Counted from the first letter of the stretch, positions 9,541 to 18,437 are shown. The stretch: DNA of 64,000 nt from Treponema sp. (GCA_017551705.1 JAFZLA010000095.1:2629-66628); one strand, 5' to 3'. Notes: a model not told the origin generated them from the sequence alone. A program made the numbers and translations.

Positions 9541-9668
9541 GCGATCCTCCGTCCGCGCCCTAAAATTATAAATCAATAATGGAAAAAAATCAATTTAGGG
9601 CCGGCGAGGATGGTCAAGTTGAAGTGAAATAACCCCTTAATCCTTAAAATTTGCATTTTAATTAATAT

Positions 9669-9710
9669 TTTTTGTCATATCTTGACAAAAATGTCGAATT
9701 ATATTATCTT
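9669..9710 (+). promoter_or_regulatory. Putative promoter with an overlapping 9-bp inverted repeat (operator-like), upstream of the ATPase gene
   Basis: The inverted repeat is TTTTTGTCA (9669-9677), TATCT, TGACAAAAA (9683-9691). TTGACA lies at 9682-9687, followed by a 17-nt spacer and TATCTT at 9705-9710. The SD GAGGTGA sits directly before ATG 9727. Confidence 0.4.
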
Positions 9711-9726
9711 TTATGTAGAGGTGACT

Positions 9727-10896
9727 ATGCTTTTAGGTTTTGGCGGCAGGAATTGCTGGTGTTTTAAGGATTGGATGCAAATAGACTTGTCTCTTGGCGA
9801 GGGAGTTCCTTCTGATGTTTCCATGGGGCTTCCTGCCTGCACTGCTATGTGTTTTAAGGGCGCCAACGCTTCCGGCAAGACAAATGCGCTCAAGGTTTAT
9901 TCTTTCATTTATGATTTTGTAACTTTTAGTTTTTCAGACAGAGCTGATAAATCCATCATGTTTGCCTCTTTTTTTCATAATGAAGAACCCGCCGAGTTTT
10001 ACGCTGAGTTTATAGAGAATGAAGTTTACTATCGTTATGAATTGACTGTGTCAAAAAAATCGGTTATTGAAGAACGCCTTTTTAGAAAGAAAAATGAGGA
10101 AGGCTCCCGCGAAACAGAAATTTTTGTTCGAGAAGGAAATTCAATCACAAAAAACACTCTTTACAAAGGACACAAAGACATTCTTTTTAGAGACAACGCT
10201 TCCTTTATCAGCACATTAAAACAATACAATCTTCCAGAAATAGCGGACATTTATGACTTCTTTTTTAAGACCTCTATTAATGTAACTTACTATGGACTTA
10301 ATGAACGCGGTGAAAATGACCCGCAAGTGCTTACGAATTATTATTATACGCATCCCGAAGATTTAAAATTCACAATAGAAAAGATTAAGTTTTTTGACAC
10401 TGGAATCAAAGACATTGAAATCAGGACAAAAGTTAACGAAATTGGACAGTTGAACGCTTATCCGATTTTCCATCATTTGCTTTCCACAAAAAAAACTCAT
10501 GAAATGGCATTTGCAGAGGAGTCTCGGGGAACGCAAGCGCTATACTGCAAACTTGAGAATTATTATGCGGTTTTATCTACGGGCGGTGTTCTTGTACTTG
10601 ATGAGTTTGACATCAATTTGCATCCTGACATTCTTCCGCATCTCTTGGATTTGTTCATAAAGGCTGAAAACAATCCAAAGCGCGCTCAAATTCTCTTTAC
10701 AACGCATAATGTTGATATAATGGATATTCTTGGCCGTTATCGTACATATCTTTTTGAAAAAGAAGACGGAGAAAGTTTTTGTTATAGATTGGATGAGCCT
10801 AAATCTGCAAGTCTTCGCAATGACAGGCCTATTTCTGTTCCGTACAAGAAACACTTGATTGGAGGATTTCCTAAAATTGGCTCCAAAGAAGATTAA
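9727..10896 (+). CDS. ABC-like AAA ATPase (COG1106 / AAA_21-type, abortive-infection-associated class)
   Basis: The N-terminus MLLGFGGRNCWCFKDW matches the usual MLxxFxxxNFxSFKD pattern. Walker A is GANASGKTN, the signature-like motif is ESRGTQAL, Walker B is VLVLDEFDINLHP, and the H-loop is FTTHN. The C-terminus is YKKHLIGGFPKIG. Confidence 0.75.
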   Translation: MLLGFGGRNCWCFKDWMQIDLSLGEGVPSDVSMGLPACTAMCFKGANASGKTNALKVYSFIYDFVTFSFSDRADKSIMFASFFHNEEPAEFYAEFIENEVYYRYELTVSKKSVIEERLFRKKNEEGSRETEIFVREGNSITKNTLYKGHKDILFRDNASFISTLKQYNLPEIADIYDFFFKTSINVTYYGLNERGENDPQVLTNYYYTHPEDLKFTIEKIKFFDTGIKDIEIRTKVNEIGQLNAYPIFHHLLSTKKTHEMAFAEESRGTQALYCKLENYYAVLSTGGVLVLDEFDINLHPDILPHLLDLFIKAENNPKRAQILFTTHNVDIMDILGRYRTYLFEKEDGESFCYRLDEPKSASLRNDRPISVPYKKHLIGGFPKIGSKED

Positions 10897-11362
10897 TCCA
10901 AGAAAGGAAAAATTTCTCTCCAATCTTCCTCAGCACGATTTAATTTCTGATATTTCCGACGCAAAAGGAAAATTGTCATTCAGCTTTAAATATTTTGACG
11001 CAAGCCAATCTGTTGGACAGGATTTTAAGGATTGGAACGACAAGCAAAAGCAGGAATTGTTAGAAAAGCTTAGAGATTATTCACGCGAGAGCAAGCTTTA
11101 TTGGCTAAAACAGCGTATTGGCGGCGGTGGATTGAACGTGCTTGAGATTTATAGCGATTTTCCAAGGAATTCTGATTTTTTCTATCCTCGCCATGTTCCT
11201 GATGGGGTAAAATGGGCTAGATTCAGGATGGAAAGCGCGATGAGGCTTGTTGGCTTCTTTGTTTCGGAAGATTCCGCAAAAATGCTGCAGCTTTCTACAG
11301 ATGTTTTCTATGTGGTGTTTTTAGATAAGAATCATCGTTTTTACAAGACTGAAAAAAAATAG
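10859..11362 (+). CDS. Uncharacterised ~160-aa partner protein of the ATPase (no family recognised)
   Basis: The ORF overlaps the ATPase 3' end. There is no ATG near its 5' end, so the likely start is a TTG at 10859 or 10877; the latter is preceded by GGAGGA at 10861-10866. The C-terminal pattern WARFRMESAMRLVGFF...VFYVVFLDKNHRFYK only loosely resembles the RelE/ParE-type strand pattern. Confidence 0.55.
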   Translation: MEDFLKLAPKKINPRKEKFLSNLPQHDLISDISDAKGKLSFSFKYFDASQSVGQDFKDWNDKQKQELLEKLRDYSRESKLYWLKQRIGGGGLNVLEIYSDFPRNSDFFYPRHVPDGVKWARFRMESAMRLVGFFVSEDSAKMLQLSTDVFYVVFLDKNHRFYKTEKK

Positions 11363-11366
11363 GAAC

Positions 11367-11397
11367 TTGAACTTGTTCCATTTTGGAACAAGTTCAA
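11367..11397. terminator. 13-bp perfect hairpin downstream of the ATPase/partner pair
   Basis: TTGAACTTGTTCC-ATTTT-GGAACAAGTTCAA. There is no clear U tract on the plus strand, while an A8 run precedes it, so the T tract is on the minus strand. Confidence 0.45.
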
Positions 11398-11470
11398 AAT
11401 ACGGACAGAGCGCATTTATTTTTTTCAGTTGCCGGGTTTTTCTCGAAAGTTCCAACCCTTCGACTTTCCC

Positions 11471-11499
11471 TTGAAAATTCCCGCCTCTTATGTTACAAT
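11471..11499 (+). promoter_or_regulatory. sigma70-type promoter upstream of fliG
   Basis: TTGAAA at 11471-11476, a 17-nt spacer, then TACAAT at 11494-11499. Confidence 0.5.
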
Positions 11500-11512
11500 A
11501 TAATTCTTCATT

Positions 11513-12703
11513 ATGAACCAAAACGATTACCGCTTGCGGGCTTATTCCGCGCAGGCAAAGAACGAACAAAATAAAAGCAGCCAAGATGACGGCGAAGTCT
11601 CCGTGAGGCTTTCGGCGAATGTTGAGGCGCTAAAAAAAGGCGGCTTGCTCAAAGTTCCGCGCAAAGACGGAACGGCGGTTTCTGGCCAGCCGAGCGCTGT
11701 CGGGCAGGGCGATTCGGTTTACCGCCGCGTGGCAAAATTTTTGCTTTTGATTGGAAGCGACCAAGCCGCCGAGGTCTTTAAGTTCCTTCCGCAAGCTGAC
11801 GTTGAAAAAATCATTCCTGAAATAACCACAATCCGCTCGGTGGAACAGGACGAGGCCGCCGCGATTTTTGAAGAGTTCCGCTCGCTTGTTGAGATTAAAA
11901 AAGAAAACGGCGGAGAGGCCACGGCCTTTAACATTTTGGAAAAAGCGTTTGGCGCGGGCAAGGCCGGAAACTTGATGAAAAAAGTCGAGGCGCAGCTGGA
12001 CGCGGCCCATCCGTTCACCTATCTAAAAGAAAAGACGACCGAAGAAATTTTGGCCCTTCTCAAAGGCGAAAGCGCGCAAGTGTCCGCGATTGTTCTGAGC
12101 TACCTTGACCCCAAGGTGGCGGCCAACGTAATCAACATAATGGAGCCTGTTTTAAAAAAAGATGTTGTTGTGCGTCTGGCCAAAATGCAAAAGGTTTCGC
12201 CCGACGTAATCCAGGCGATTGACAAGACGATTCAAGAAAAGGCGTCCAAGCAAATAAAGGACGATTCCTTGCATATAGACGGCCGCGGCGCCCTGGCCCA
12301 AATTTTAAAGAGAATGGATTCCGGCGCCGAGCAGGAAATTTTGGACAACTTGCAGCGGACCGATCCCGACCTTAGCCGCGACTTGCAGCAAAAGCTTTTC
12401 ACTCTGGACGACGTGGTTCACGCCGACGACAAATATTTGCAAAAGAAATTGGCTTCGATGAGCGACAAGGACATCGCGTATCTAATCGCCGCCAAAGAAA
12501 AAGATTTTGAGCAAAAAATTTTGTCCAACGTTTCTGTCGCCCGCGCTTCGGTCATTATGGAAGAGCAGGAGGCCGCAAAGCCCATGCTCAAAAAAGACGT
12601 CGAGGCCATCACAAACAGTTTTGTCGCCCAATTGCGCGCCGCTTGGGAAAAAGGCGACCTGCGCGTTTTTAGAAAGGACGACGACGAGGTTTGGGTCCAA
12701 TGA
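11513..12703 (+). CDS. fliG: Flagellar motor switch protein FliG with a ~75-aa N-terminal extension (FliG1-like)
   Basis: LLLIGSDQAAEVFKFLPQADVEKIIPEI..., the C-terminal ...ARASVIMEEQEAAKPMLKKDVEA..., and the overall three-domain FliG layout. Confidence 0.85.
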   Translation: MNQNDYRLRAYSAQAKNEQNKSSQDDGEVSVRLSANVEALKKGGLLKVPRKDGTAVSGQPSAVGQGDSVYRRVAKFLLLIGSDQAAEVFKFLPQADVEKIIPEITTIRSVEQDEAAAIFEEFRSLVEIKKENGGEATAFNILEKAFGAGKAGNLMKKVEAQLDAAHPFTYLKEKTTEEILALLKGESAQVSAIVLSYLDPKVAANVINIMEPVLKKDVVVRLAKMQKVSPDVIQAIDKTIQEKASKQIKDDSLHIDGRGALAQILKRMDSGAEQEILDNLQRTDPDLSRDLQQKLFTLDDVVHADDKYLQKKLASMSDKDIAYLIAAKEKDFEQKILSNVSVARASVIMEEQEAAKPMLKKDVEAITNSFVAQLRAAWEKGDLRVFRKDDDEVWVQ

Positions 12704-15700
12704 TTTCCAAGTCATACAAGGGCTTTGATTTGATAAGCGCCCAGGACATTCCCGACTGCTCAAGTAAGGGAATTTATTTGCGACATCGTCAAACCGGTCT
12801 TGAAGTCTTTCACCTTTTGAACGACGACAAAGAAAATCTTTTCGCTTTCGCGTTCCGCACGCCCAACAACAAGTCAAACGGCGCGGCGCATATCGTGGAG
12901 CATTCCGTTTTTTGCGGCTCAAAAAAATATCCGCTAAAAGACCCCTTTGCCGTTTTGGAAAACCAGAGCGTTCAATCTTTTATGAACGCTCTGACGTTTC
13001 CCGACAAGACGGTTTATCCGGCCAGCTCCATTTTGGAGGCCGACTACTTTAACCTTATGAGCGTTTACGCCGACGCGGTTTTCTTTCCGACCTTGAGCCG
13101 GCAAACCTTTTTGCAGGAAGGCCGCCGCCTTGAATTGGACTCAAAGGGCAGGCCAAAAATCGTCGGCGTCGTTTTCAACGAAATGAAGGGCGCCTATTCG
13201 TCATTTGCCGGAGCGGTGGGCGACGCAATTGACCGCGCCCTTGTTCCCGACACGATTTACGCAAAGGATTCAGGCGGCGACCCGCTTGAAGTGGCCACGC
13301 TGACTTACGAGGAATTTAAAGATTTTCATAAAAAATATTATTCGCCGCAAAACTGCCTGATCTTTTTGTACGGAAACATTCCGACAGAAAAACAGCTGGA
13401 CTTTTTGCAAAAAAATGTTTTGGATTGTTTTGCGGGCGCCGCCGCTTTTGGCGCAAAGAACCAGTCTGGGGCCGCTTTTGGCGCAAAGAACCGGTCCGCT
13501 TTTAATTCCGCCGAGCAAAAGAAGTTTTTGGAGGAGACGCTCCGTTCCCAAACGCAAAAGCCTTTTTCCAAAATGCGGACGCTCTACGAGATTGGCCCTG
13601 TCAGCGCGGGCGACAAGGATTCCTCCGCTCTTCTTTCTTGGCTTTGGGGAAATTCCGACAACATGGAAGACTACGTCGAGGGCGTTTATTTGGGGAACCT
13701 TTTGAGCGCCCAGGACGGCTCTCCGCTATCCAAGGCCTTGCTAAAAAGCGGCTTGGGAAAAGACCTTAGCGTGGCCAACGGAATCGACGCGTCCGAGCGG
13801 CAAATCACTTTTTCTGTCGGTCTTCGCGGCGTTAAAAAACAAAACGTTCCAAAAGTAAAAGATTTTATTATAGAAGAAATCAAGCGCGTCTACGATGAAG
13901 GAATTTCCCAAGACGACATTGAGTCAACGATAAACTCAATCGACTTTGACAACCGCGAGGTCAAGCGCTATCACGGGCCTTTTTCGCTTGTGCTTATGCG
14001 CCGCGTTTTGCGCTCGTGGAACTATGGCGGCCTTCCTGACAACTGCCTTTTTATCCGCGACGCTTTTGAACGGTTGAAGGAAGCGCTTCGCTCTGACCCC
14101 GGCTACACAAAGCGCTTGATAAAAAAATATTTGATTGACAACAAGCATTGCGCGTGGACTGTAATCACTCCCGACAAAAAATATTTAAAAGACCGCGAGG
14201 CGCAAGAAAAAAAGATCGCCGCCGCTCTTGCAAAGCAAACGACAAAAAAACAAATCGCCGATGAAGCCGCCGCGCTGCACCAATATCAAACTTCGCCCGA
14301 AAAAGATTTGGCCTGCCTTCCGCACATACGCCCGCGCGACCTAAAAGTGATAGACGACAAAATCAAGGCCGCTCGCGCCGACATAAAAACTCGCTCAGGC
14401 TCCGTTCCGCTTTTAAAAAGCGTTGAGAACACAAACGGAATCGCCTACATCGCGGCGGCCTTTCCTCTGGACGTTTTTGAACCCCAGATGTATCCCTATC
14501 TTTCCTTCTTTGCCTACATATTGAACGAAGTGGGCTGGGGAGATTTGCGCTGGGACAAAACGTCATTGTTGATAGCCAAAACTTGCGGCGGCTTTAGCAC
14601 AACAGCCTTAACCGCAAGCTGCCCAAAAACCGCGGGCGCCCGCGCGATGGCAAAAAACAACGGCGCTTTTGCAGGCCGACAATGGCTCTTGTGCAAGGTA
14701 AAGGCGCTTGACGACAAGATTGACGCGTCGGTTGACCTTATGCGCGACTGCCTAAAGGGCGCCCGCTACGACGACAAAAAGCGCGTCCGCACTTTGGCCG
14801 AAGAAGTTTTGAACGACTTGGAAAGTTCCGTCGTTCCCAACGGACACTCATTTGCAAGCGGCCGCGCGGAATGCCGTTCCAACAAGTCCGCCGCCGTAGA
14901 AGAAATTTGGAGCGGAGCCTCGCAAATATTCACGATGCGAAAAATCCTTTCCGACATTGACGGAACCATAGAAAAAATGAAATTGATCGCGTCAAAAGTT
15001 TTTGGCGCGGGCGCAGTCCTGCACATTACGGCCGACAAGGCGACGATGCCAAAAGCGCTGGCCGCCGCCAAGCGTTTTGCCTGCGATATGGAACTAAAGG
15101 CTCCGGCAAAAAAGCTCGCCGCGCCCGACAAAGCCTTTTACGACTTGACCAACATCGGCAAAAAAAGTTCGGCCTGTGATGAAACTGTTTCTGTCTCTGG
15201 AATGGTTGGATTTGCCGCGCTCAGCTTTAGGTGTTCAAAATACTCAACGCGCCAGGCCCTGGCCGAAAAAGTTTTGGCGCACCTTTTGTCCAGCGGCGCC
15301 TTGTGGGAAAAAATCAGGACTGTCGGCGGCGCCTACGGAGCCTTTGCCAGCGCGGACGCCATCGGCCAAAACTTTACGCTTGCCACTTACCGCGACCCAA
15401 GCCCGCAAAAGAGCCTTGCAGCCTTTGACGAATGTTTGGAAGCCGCCGCCAAAACCCTCTTTGACCAAGAAAGCGTGGAGAAGGCGATTGCCGGAACTTA
15501 TTCCAACCTGGTCCAGCCAAAGGCGCCCAAGCAGCGGGGCGACGCGGCCTTTTTGCGGGAGCTTTATTTGGTGGACTCAAAGGAGGCGCTGGCCGTCAAG
15601 AAAATGCTTTTAGGCATAACGGCCGCCGACTTGCAAGCCGCCGCCCGCCGCCTTCTAAAATTCCGCCGCGCCTCTTCCAAGGGCGTGTTGATTTTGCCCA

Positions 15701-15735
15701 AAAACTCCGCCCCAAAAGACTCGATTGAGATTTAG
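12700..15735 (+). CDS. M16-family (insulinase/PreP-like) zinc metallopeptidase
   Basis: The inverted zinc motif HIVEHSVFCGS (HxxEH) is present and the length is ~1010 aa. The start ATG at 12700 overlaps the fliG stop (ATGA). Confidence 0.85.
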   Translation: MISKSYKGFDLISAQDIPDCSSKGIYLRHRQTGLEVFHLLNDDKENLFAFAFRTPNNKSNGAAHIVEHSVFCGSKKYPLKDPFAVLENQSVQSFMNALTFPDKTVYPASSILEADYFNLMSVYADAVFFPTLSRQTFLQEGRRLELDSKGRPKIVGVVFNEMKGAYSSFAGAVGDAIDRALVPDTIYAKDSGGDPLEVATLTYEEFKDFHKKYYSPQNCLIFLYGNIPTEKQLDFLQKNVLDCFAGAAAFGAKNQSGAAFGAKNRSAFNSAEQKKFLEETLRSQTQKPFSKMRTLYEIGPVSAGDKDSSALLSWLWGNSDNMEDYVEGVYLGNLLSAQDGSPLSKALLKSGLGKDLSVANGIDASERQITFSVGLRGVKKQNVPKVKDFIIEEIKRVYDEGISQDDIESTINSIDFDNREVKRYHGPFSLVLMRRVLRSWNYGGLPDNCLFIRDAFERLKEALRSDPGYTKRLIKKYLIDNKHCAWTVITPDKKYLKDREAQEKKIAAALAKQTTKKQIADEAAALHQYQTSPEKDLACLPHIRPRDLKVIDDKIKAARADIKTRSGSVPLLKSVENTNGIAYIAAAFPLDVFEPQMYPYLSFFAYILNEVGWGDLRWDKTSLLIAKTCGGFSTTALTASCPKTAGARAMAKNNGAFAGRQWLLCKVKALDDKIDASVDLMRDCLKGARYDDKKRVRTLAEEVLNDLESSVVPNGHSFASGRAECRSNKSAAVEEIWSGASQIFTMRKILSDIDGTIEKMKLIASKVFGAGAVLHITADKATMPKALAAAKRFACDMELKAPAKKLAAPDKAFYDLTNIGKKSSACDETVSVSGMVGFAALSFRCSKYSTRQALAEKVLAHLLSSGALWEKIRTVGGAYGAFASADAIGQNFTLATYRDPSPQKSLAAFDECLEAAAKTLFDQESVEKAIAGTYSNLVQPKAPKQRGDAAFLRELYLVDSKEALAVKKMLLGITAADLQAAARRLLKFRRASSKGVLILPKNSAPKDSIEI
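13441..13500 (+). repeat. Tandem 30-nt in-frame duplication inside the M16 peptidase gene
   Basis: GCCGCTTTTGGCGCAAAGAACCAGTCTGGG is followed by GCCGCTTTTGGCGCAAAGAACCGGTCCGCT. These encode AAFGAKNQSG and AAFGAKNRSA. Confidence 0.85.
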
Positions 15736-15752
15736 ATGAACTGTAAAAAAAA

Positions 15753-15779
15753 GCCCCGAGACAGTTTTTGTCGCGGGGC
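15753..15779. terminator. Bidirectional intrinsic terminator between the convergent M16 peptidase gene and cassette gene A
   Basis: The hairpin GCCCCGAGAC-AGTTTTT-GTCGCGGGGC is preceded by an A8 run. Confidence 0.6.
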
Positions 15780-15806
15780 AAGGAAAAAGTGTCTGTCAGG
15801 ACGCTG

Positions 15807-16274
15807 TTATTTTACGCTAGCTTCGCCTGAAACATAAGAAATCTTTGTCTTGTGGCGCTCGTTGTATGAGTTGTTGTAGATGTCAATGTCAAGGTCTGTG
15901 TCCATAGTATAAGACTTTGAGAATCTATAAAGCCTTGCTTTGGGCTCGCTTTCCCAAGAAAGAGTGAAAGCGCTGGTCGTGGCTTCCGCTCTATAGTTTT
16001 TGACATTGTTTCTGCTGAATGAGTAAATAACAGCGTTTGTTGTGGCGTCGCGAAGAACGCAGAATACATTGCTTCCTGAGTTGACCTGAAAGCACCAGTT
16101 GCAATTGTACTTTTTGTCGAACCAAGTTCCTTGCAAGGTTTCCTTAGCGTCGACAACTTCGCCTACAGCGGCGGCAGCTCCAGTCAAAGAGTCCACTCCG
16201 CTTGTTACATCCTCAGCAAACGCTCCGACTGCAAGAACAGCCGCGATTGCGATTGCAACAAAAATTTTTTTCAT
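15807..16274 (-). CDS. Small secreted protein, family A (155 aa), copy 1
   Basis: Signal peptide MKKIFVAIAIAAVLAVGAFAE. It is a paralog of 31299-31766 and 33189-33656, sharing ETLQG(T/V)WFD(K/Q)KYNCNW.FQVNSGS..FCVL. Confidence 0.75.
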   Translation of the reverse strand: MKKIFVAIAIAAVLAVGAFAEDVTSGVDSLTGAAAAVGEVVDAKETLQGTWFDKKYNCNWCFQVNSGSNVFCVLRDATTNAVIYSFSRNNVKNYRAEATTSAFTLSWESEPKARLYRFSKSYTMDTDLDIDIYNNSYNERHKTKISYVSGEASVK

Positions 16275-16306
16275 TTGGAACCTCCTTTATTTGTCCAAAA
16301 AAAAAT

Positions 16307-17179
16307 TTAATACTTAATGTTTGTAATTTCTTCGTCGGACTCGCTGTAGGATTCATCATCCTGGCTCTTGGCCGGCTCAGACTTCTTGCCCTTCTTTGGC
16401 TTTTTGTTTGTCTCGGGAACAGTGTCGTCGGCCTCCAAATATTCAGCCGCGTCATTTTGCGCGTCAAGCTCTATCGGCGAGTTGTCATACTTGCCCATAA
16501 GGGCATCCACATTGTCGTTCTTAATAAATTCCTTGAGAGCTAAGGCTTGTTTTCTTGTAAAATAAAAATTTAGGACAATAGTCTCGAAGTTTCCGTAGTC
16601 GGCTGAACTTTTTCCTTTCAAAACAAGGTTTTGAGCCTTGTCCATATGGATTACAAAATAGGGGCTGTTATTCTCAAAGACATATCCGAACGTTGCGATT
16701 GGCCTTGCCTTGTAGTTCATCATGTCCATCGCTACGCCAAATTCCACATAAACTTCCGTCTTGCCATAGAGTTGTCGGGTTTTAGTATATTTTAGCTTTC
16801 GGTTTAATGCCTTGGCTTCAAAGTCTGCGCAATACCTGTCAATTGCCGCTATGCAAGTTTCTCGCGCCTCTTTTGCCATTTGAACGGCATAGGCCGATGT
16901 GTCATAGTGACCTCTAAAGCCAGCGATGTCTGTTCCACCCCTGTAAATATAGTTGCCTTTTTTTACTTTCATTTTATTTGTGAAAGTTTTTACAAAAAAG
17001 GAGCAATCGTCCAAAACATCGTAGCGAGTTGAACTCAAAATGCTCTGCACGCCATTTTTTGCTGTTCTTTCGGAAGAGAGCAATTTCTTTTCATTATATG
17101 GGTCTTCTTTTTTTGTCTTGCTGAATGCTGCGGCCAAGAACAAGAAAAGCGCCGCAAAAATCAAAAATGTTTTTTTCAT
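16307..17179 (-). CDS. Secreted protein, family B (290 aa) with an acidic/Lys-rich tail, copy 1
   Basis: Signal peptide MKKTFLIFAALFLFLAAAFS. It is a paralog of 30378-31247 and 33708-34580, sharing KGN(Y/F)IYR(G/R)GTD(I/V)AGFR..YDTSAY(A/T)V(Q/E)MAKE and SPYFVIH. Confidence 0.75.
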   Translation of the reverse strand: MKKTFLIFAALFLFLAAAFSKTKKEDPYNEKKLLSSERTAKNGVQSILSSTRYDVLDDCSFFVKTFTNKMKVKKGNYIYRGGTDIAGFRGHYDTSAYAVQMAKEARETCIAAIDRYCADFEAKALNRKLKYTKTRQLYGKTEVYVEFGVAMDMMNYKARPIATFGYVFENNSPYFVIHMDKAQNLVLKGKSSADYGNFETIVLNFYFTRKQALALKEFIKNDNVDALMGKYDNSPIELDAQNDAAEYLEADDTVPETNKKPKKGKKSEPAKSQDDESYSESDEEITNIKY

Positions 17180-17196
17180 AGAAGGCCTCCTTGCAA

Positions 17197-18360
17197 TTAG
17201 AACGTGAGCTCAGCTTTAATGGGAACTGCCCAGACAAATTTGTTGTTGCCGGCGGCCTCGACAATCTGGAGAGCGCTGGGAGTGGCCTTGTCGCCCAATC
17301 CTACAACGCCCTGAAACCCTACGCCAAGGCTTGCGTTTGAATTTATGGCCGCGTCAAGGCCCATCATAAAGCTTAACGTGGCGTCTTTGTCGTTGTTGGG
17401 CATAAGCATACGGACATCGGCCACCAAGCCGAGCGCGTCGTTCAAAGCGTAGTTGACTCCGACGCCAAACACCGTGGCGGGATTGTTGGCCACATCCTTG
17501 TTGAACAAAAGCGTCGCAAAAGTTGCCGAAAGTTTTAATGCCTCTGTTATTCCGTAAGACGCTCCCAAAGCAGTCTTAAGCATATAGAGTTCATTGATCT
17601 TGCTGGCGTCAGTCAAAGCGTTTCCCTTCCAATAGTCGGAGGAGGCCAGTCTGAAAGCCGCGCCTACAGTTACAAACAATTTTTCAATTCCTATAAGGTC
17701 AAAGGCGGCTTCGATTCTTCCATATTTTTTGGAATCACCTTCCACAGTGTCTTTTGTGTATTCGCCAAAAAAGCCGGCCTTAACCGTTCCGATTTCGCCA
17801 AATGTAAAGGCTGTCTCGACGCAGGTCTCTCCAAAGCCGTAGTCGCCGCGTTGCAAGACGGCCTCAAGCGGCGTCAATATTACAATTTTAAGCGTGTCGG
17901 TCGGCGTTATTTCCAAGCCCAAGCCCTGTTTGTTTGGGGCGCTGCTGAATGTAATGCCCTCGTCTTCTATTACGATTGTGCTGGGACGCAGCCAATCCCA
18001 CGAGCCGTAGCACAAATCTCCGCGAAGCTCGCCAAAGTTTTCGTGCCAGCCTATTTGAATTTTTATCATGTCAATTGGCTTTAGCCAAATGCCTACATCG
18101 TCGTGCAAGTTGACTCCATTGGAGTCGGCGTTAAGTCTCATCGTAAGACCAGCTTTGCCGTCTTCAGAAATCCAAGTGGCGTCAAAGCGCGACCAAAAAT
18201 GCTCGCCCCAAGAAACGGCCGTGGCGCATGTCTTTATGTCTTTGCCGTCGGAGCCAACAAATGTAGGCAATGTTCGGACCCAGCCGCCAAAAGTAATCTC
18301 TGCAAAAGCCGAAACGACCGCCACGGCGGCAAAAAACAAAACGCCAAAAAGTTTTTTCAT
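17197..18360 (-). CDS. Putative outer-membrane beta-barrel protein, family C, copy 1a
   Basis: It has a signal peptide ending AFAE and an alternating-strand pattern, and it ends ...AVPIKAELTF (C-terminal aromatic residue). It is a paralog of three other ORFs in the window. Confidence 0.7.
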   Translation of the reverse strand: MKKLFGVLFFAAVAVVSAFAEITFGGWVRTLPTFVGSDGKDIKTCATAVSWGEHFWSRFDATWISEDGKAGLTMRLNADSNGVNLHDDVGIWLKPIDMIKIQIGWHENFGELRGDLCYGSWDWLRPSTIVIEDEGITFSSAPNKQGLGLEITPTDTLKIVILTPLEAVLQRGDYGFGETCVETAFTFGEIGTVKAGFFGEYTKDTVEGDSKKYGRIEAAFDLIGIEKLFVTVGAAFRLASSDYWKGNALTDASKINELYMLKTALGASYGITEALKLSATFATLLFNKDVANNPATVFGVGVNYALNDALGLVADVRMLMPNNDKDATLSFMMGLDAAINSNASLGVGFQGVVGLGDKATPSALQIVEAAGNNKFVWAVPIKAELTF

Positions 18361-18412
18361 AAAAGTCCTCGCGGTAAAATGTTATTATTAAATCAAGATA
18401 AACAATCTAGAA

Positions 18413-18437
18413 CAAAAAAGCCCCGCTCTCGCGGGGC
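18413..18437 (-). terminator. Intrinsic terminator after family C copy 1b
   Basis: The minus strand reads GCCCCGCGAGAGCGGGGC followed by TTTTTT. Confidence 0.65.

Noticed and set aside
6907-11400. tRNA-Arg as the integration site of a genomic island extending to the ATPase module
   Set aside because: There is no integrase and no direct repeat of the tRNA 3' end. The intervening GH3-SDR operon has backbone-like composition, and only 9.6-11.4 kb looks foreign.
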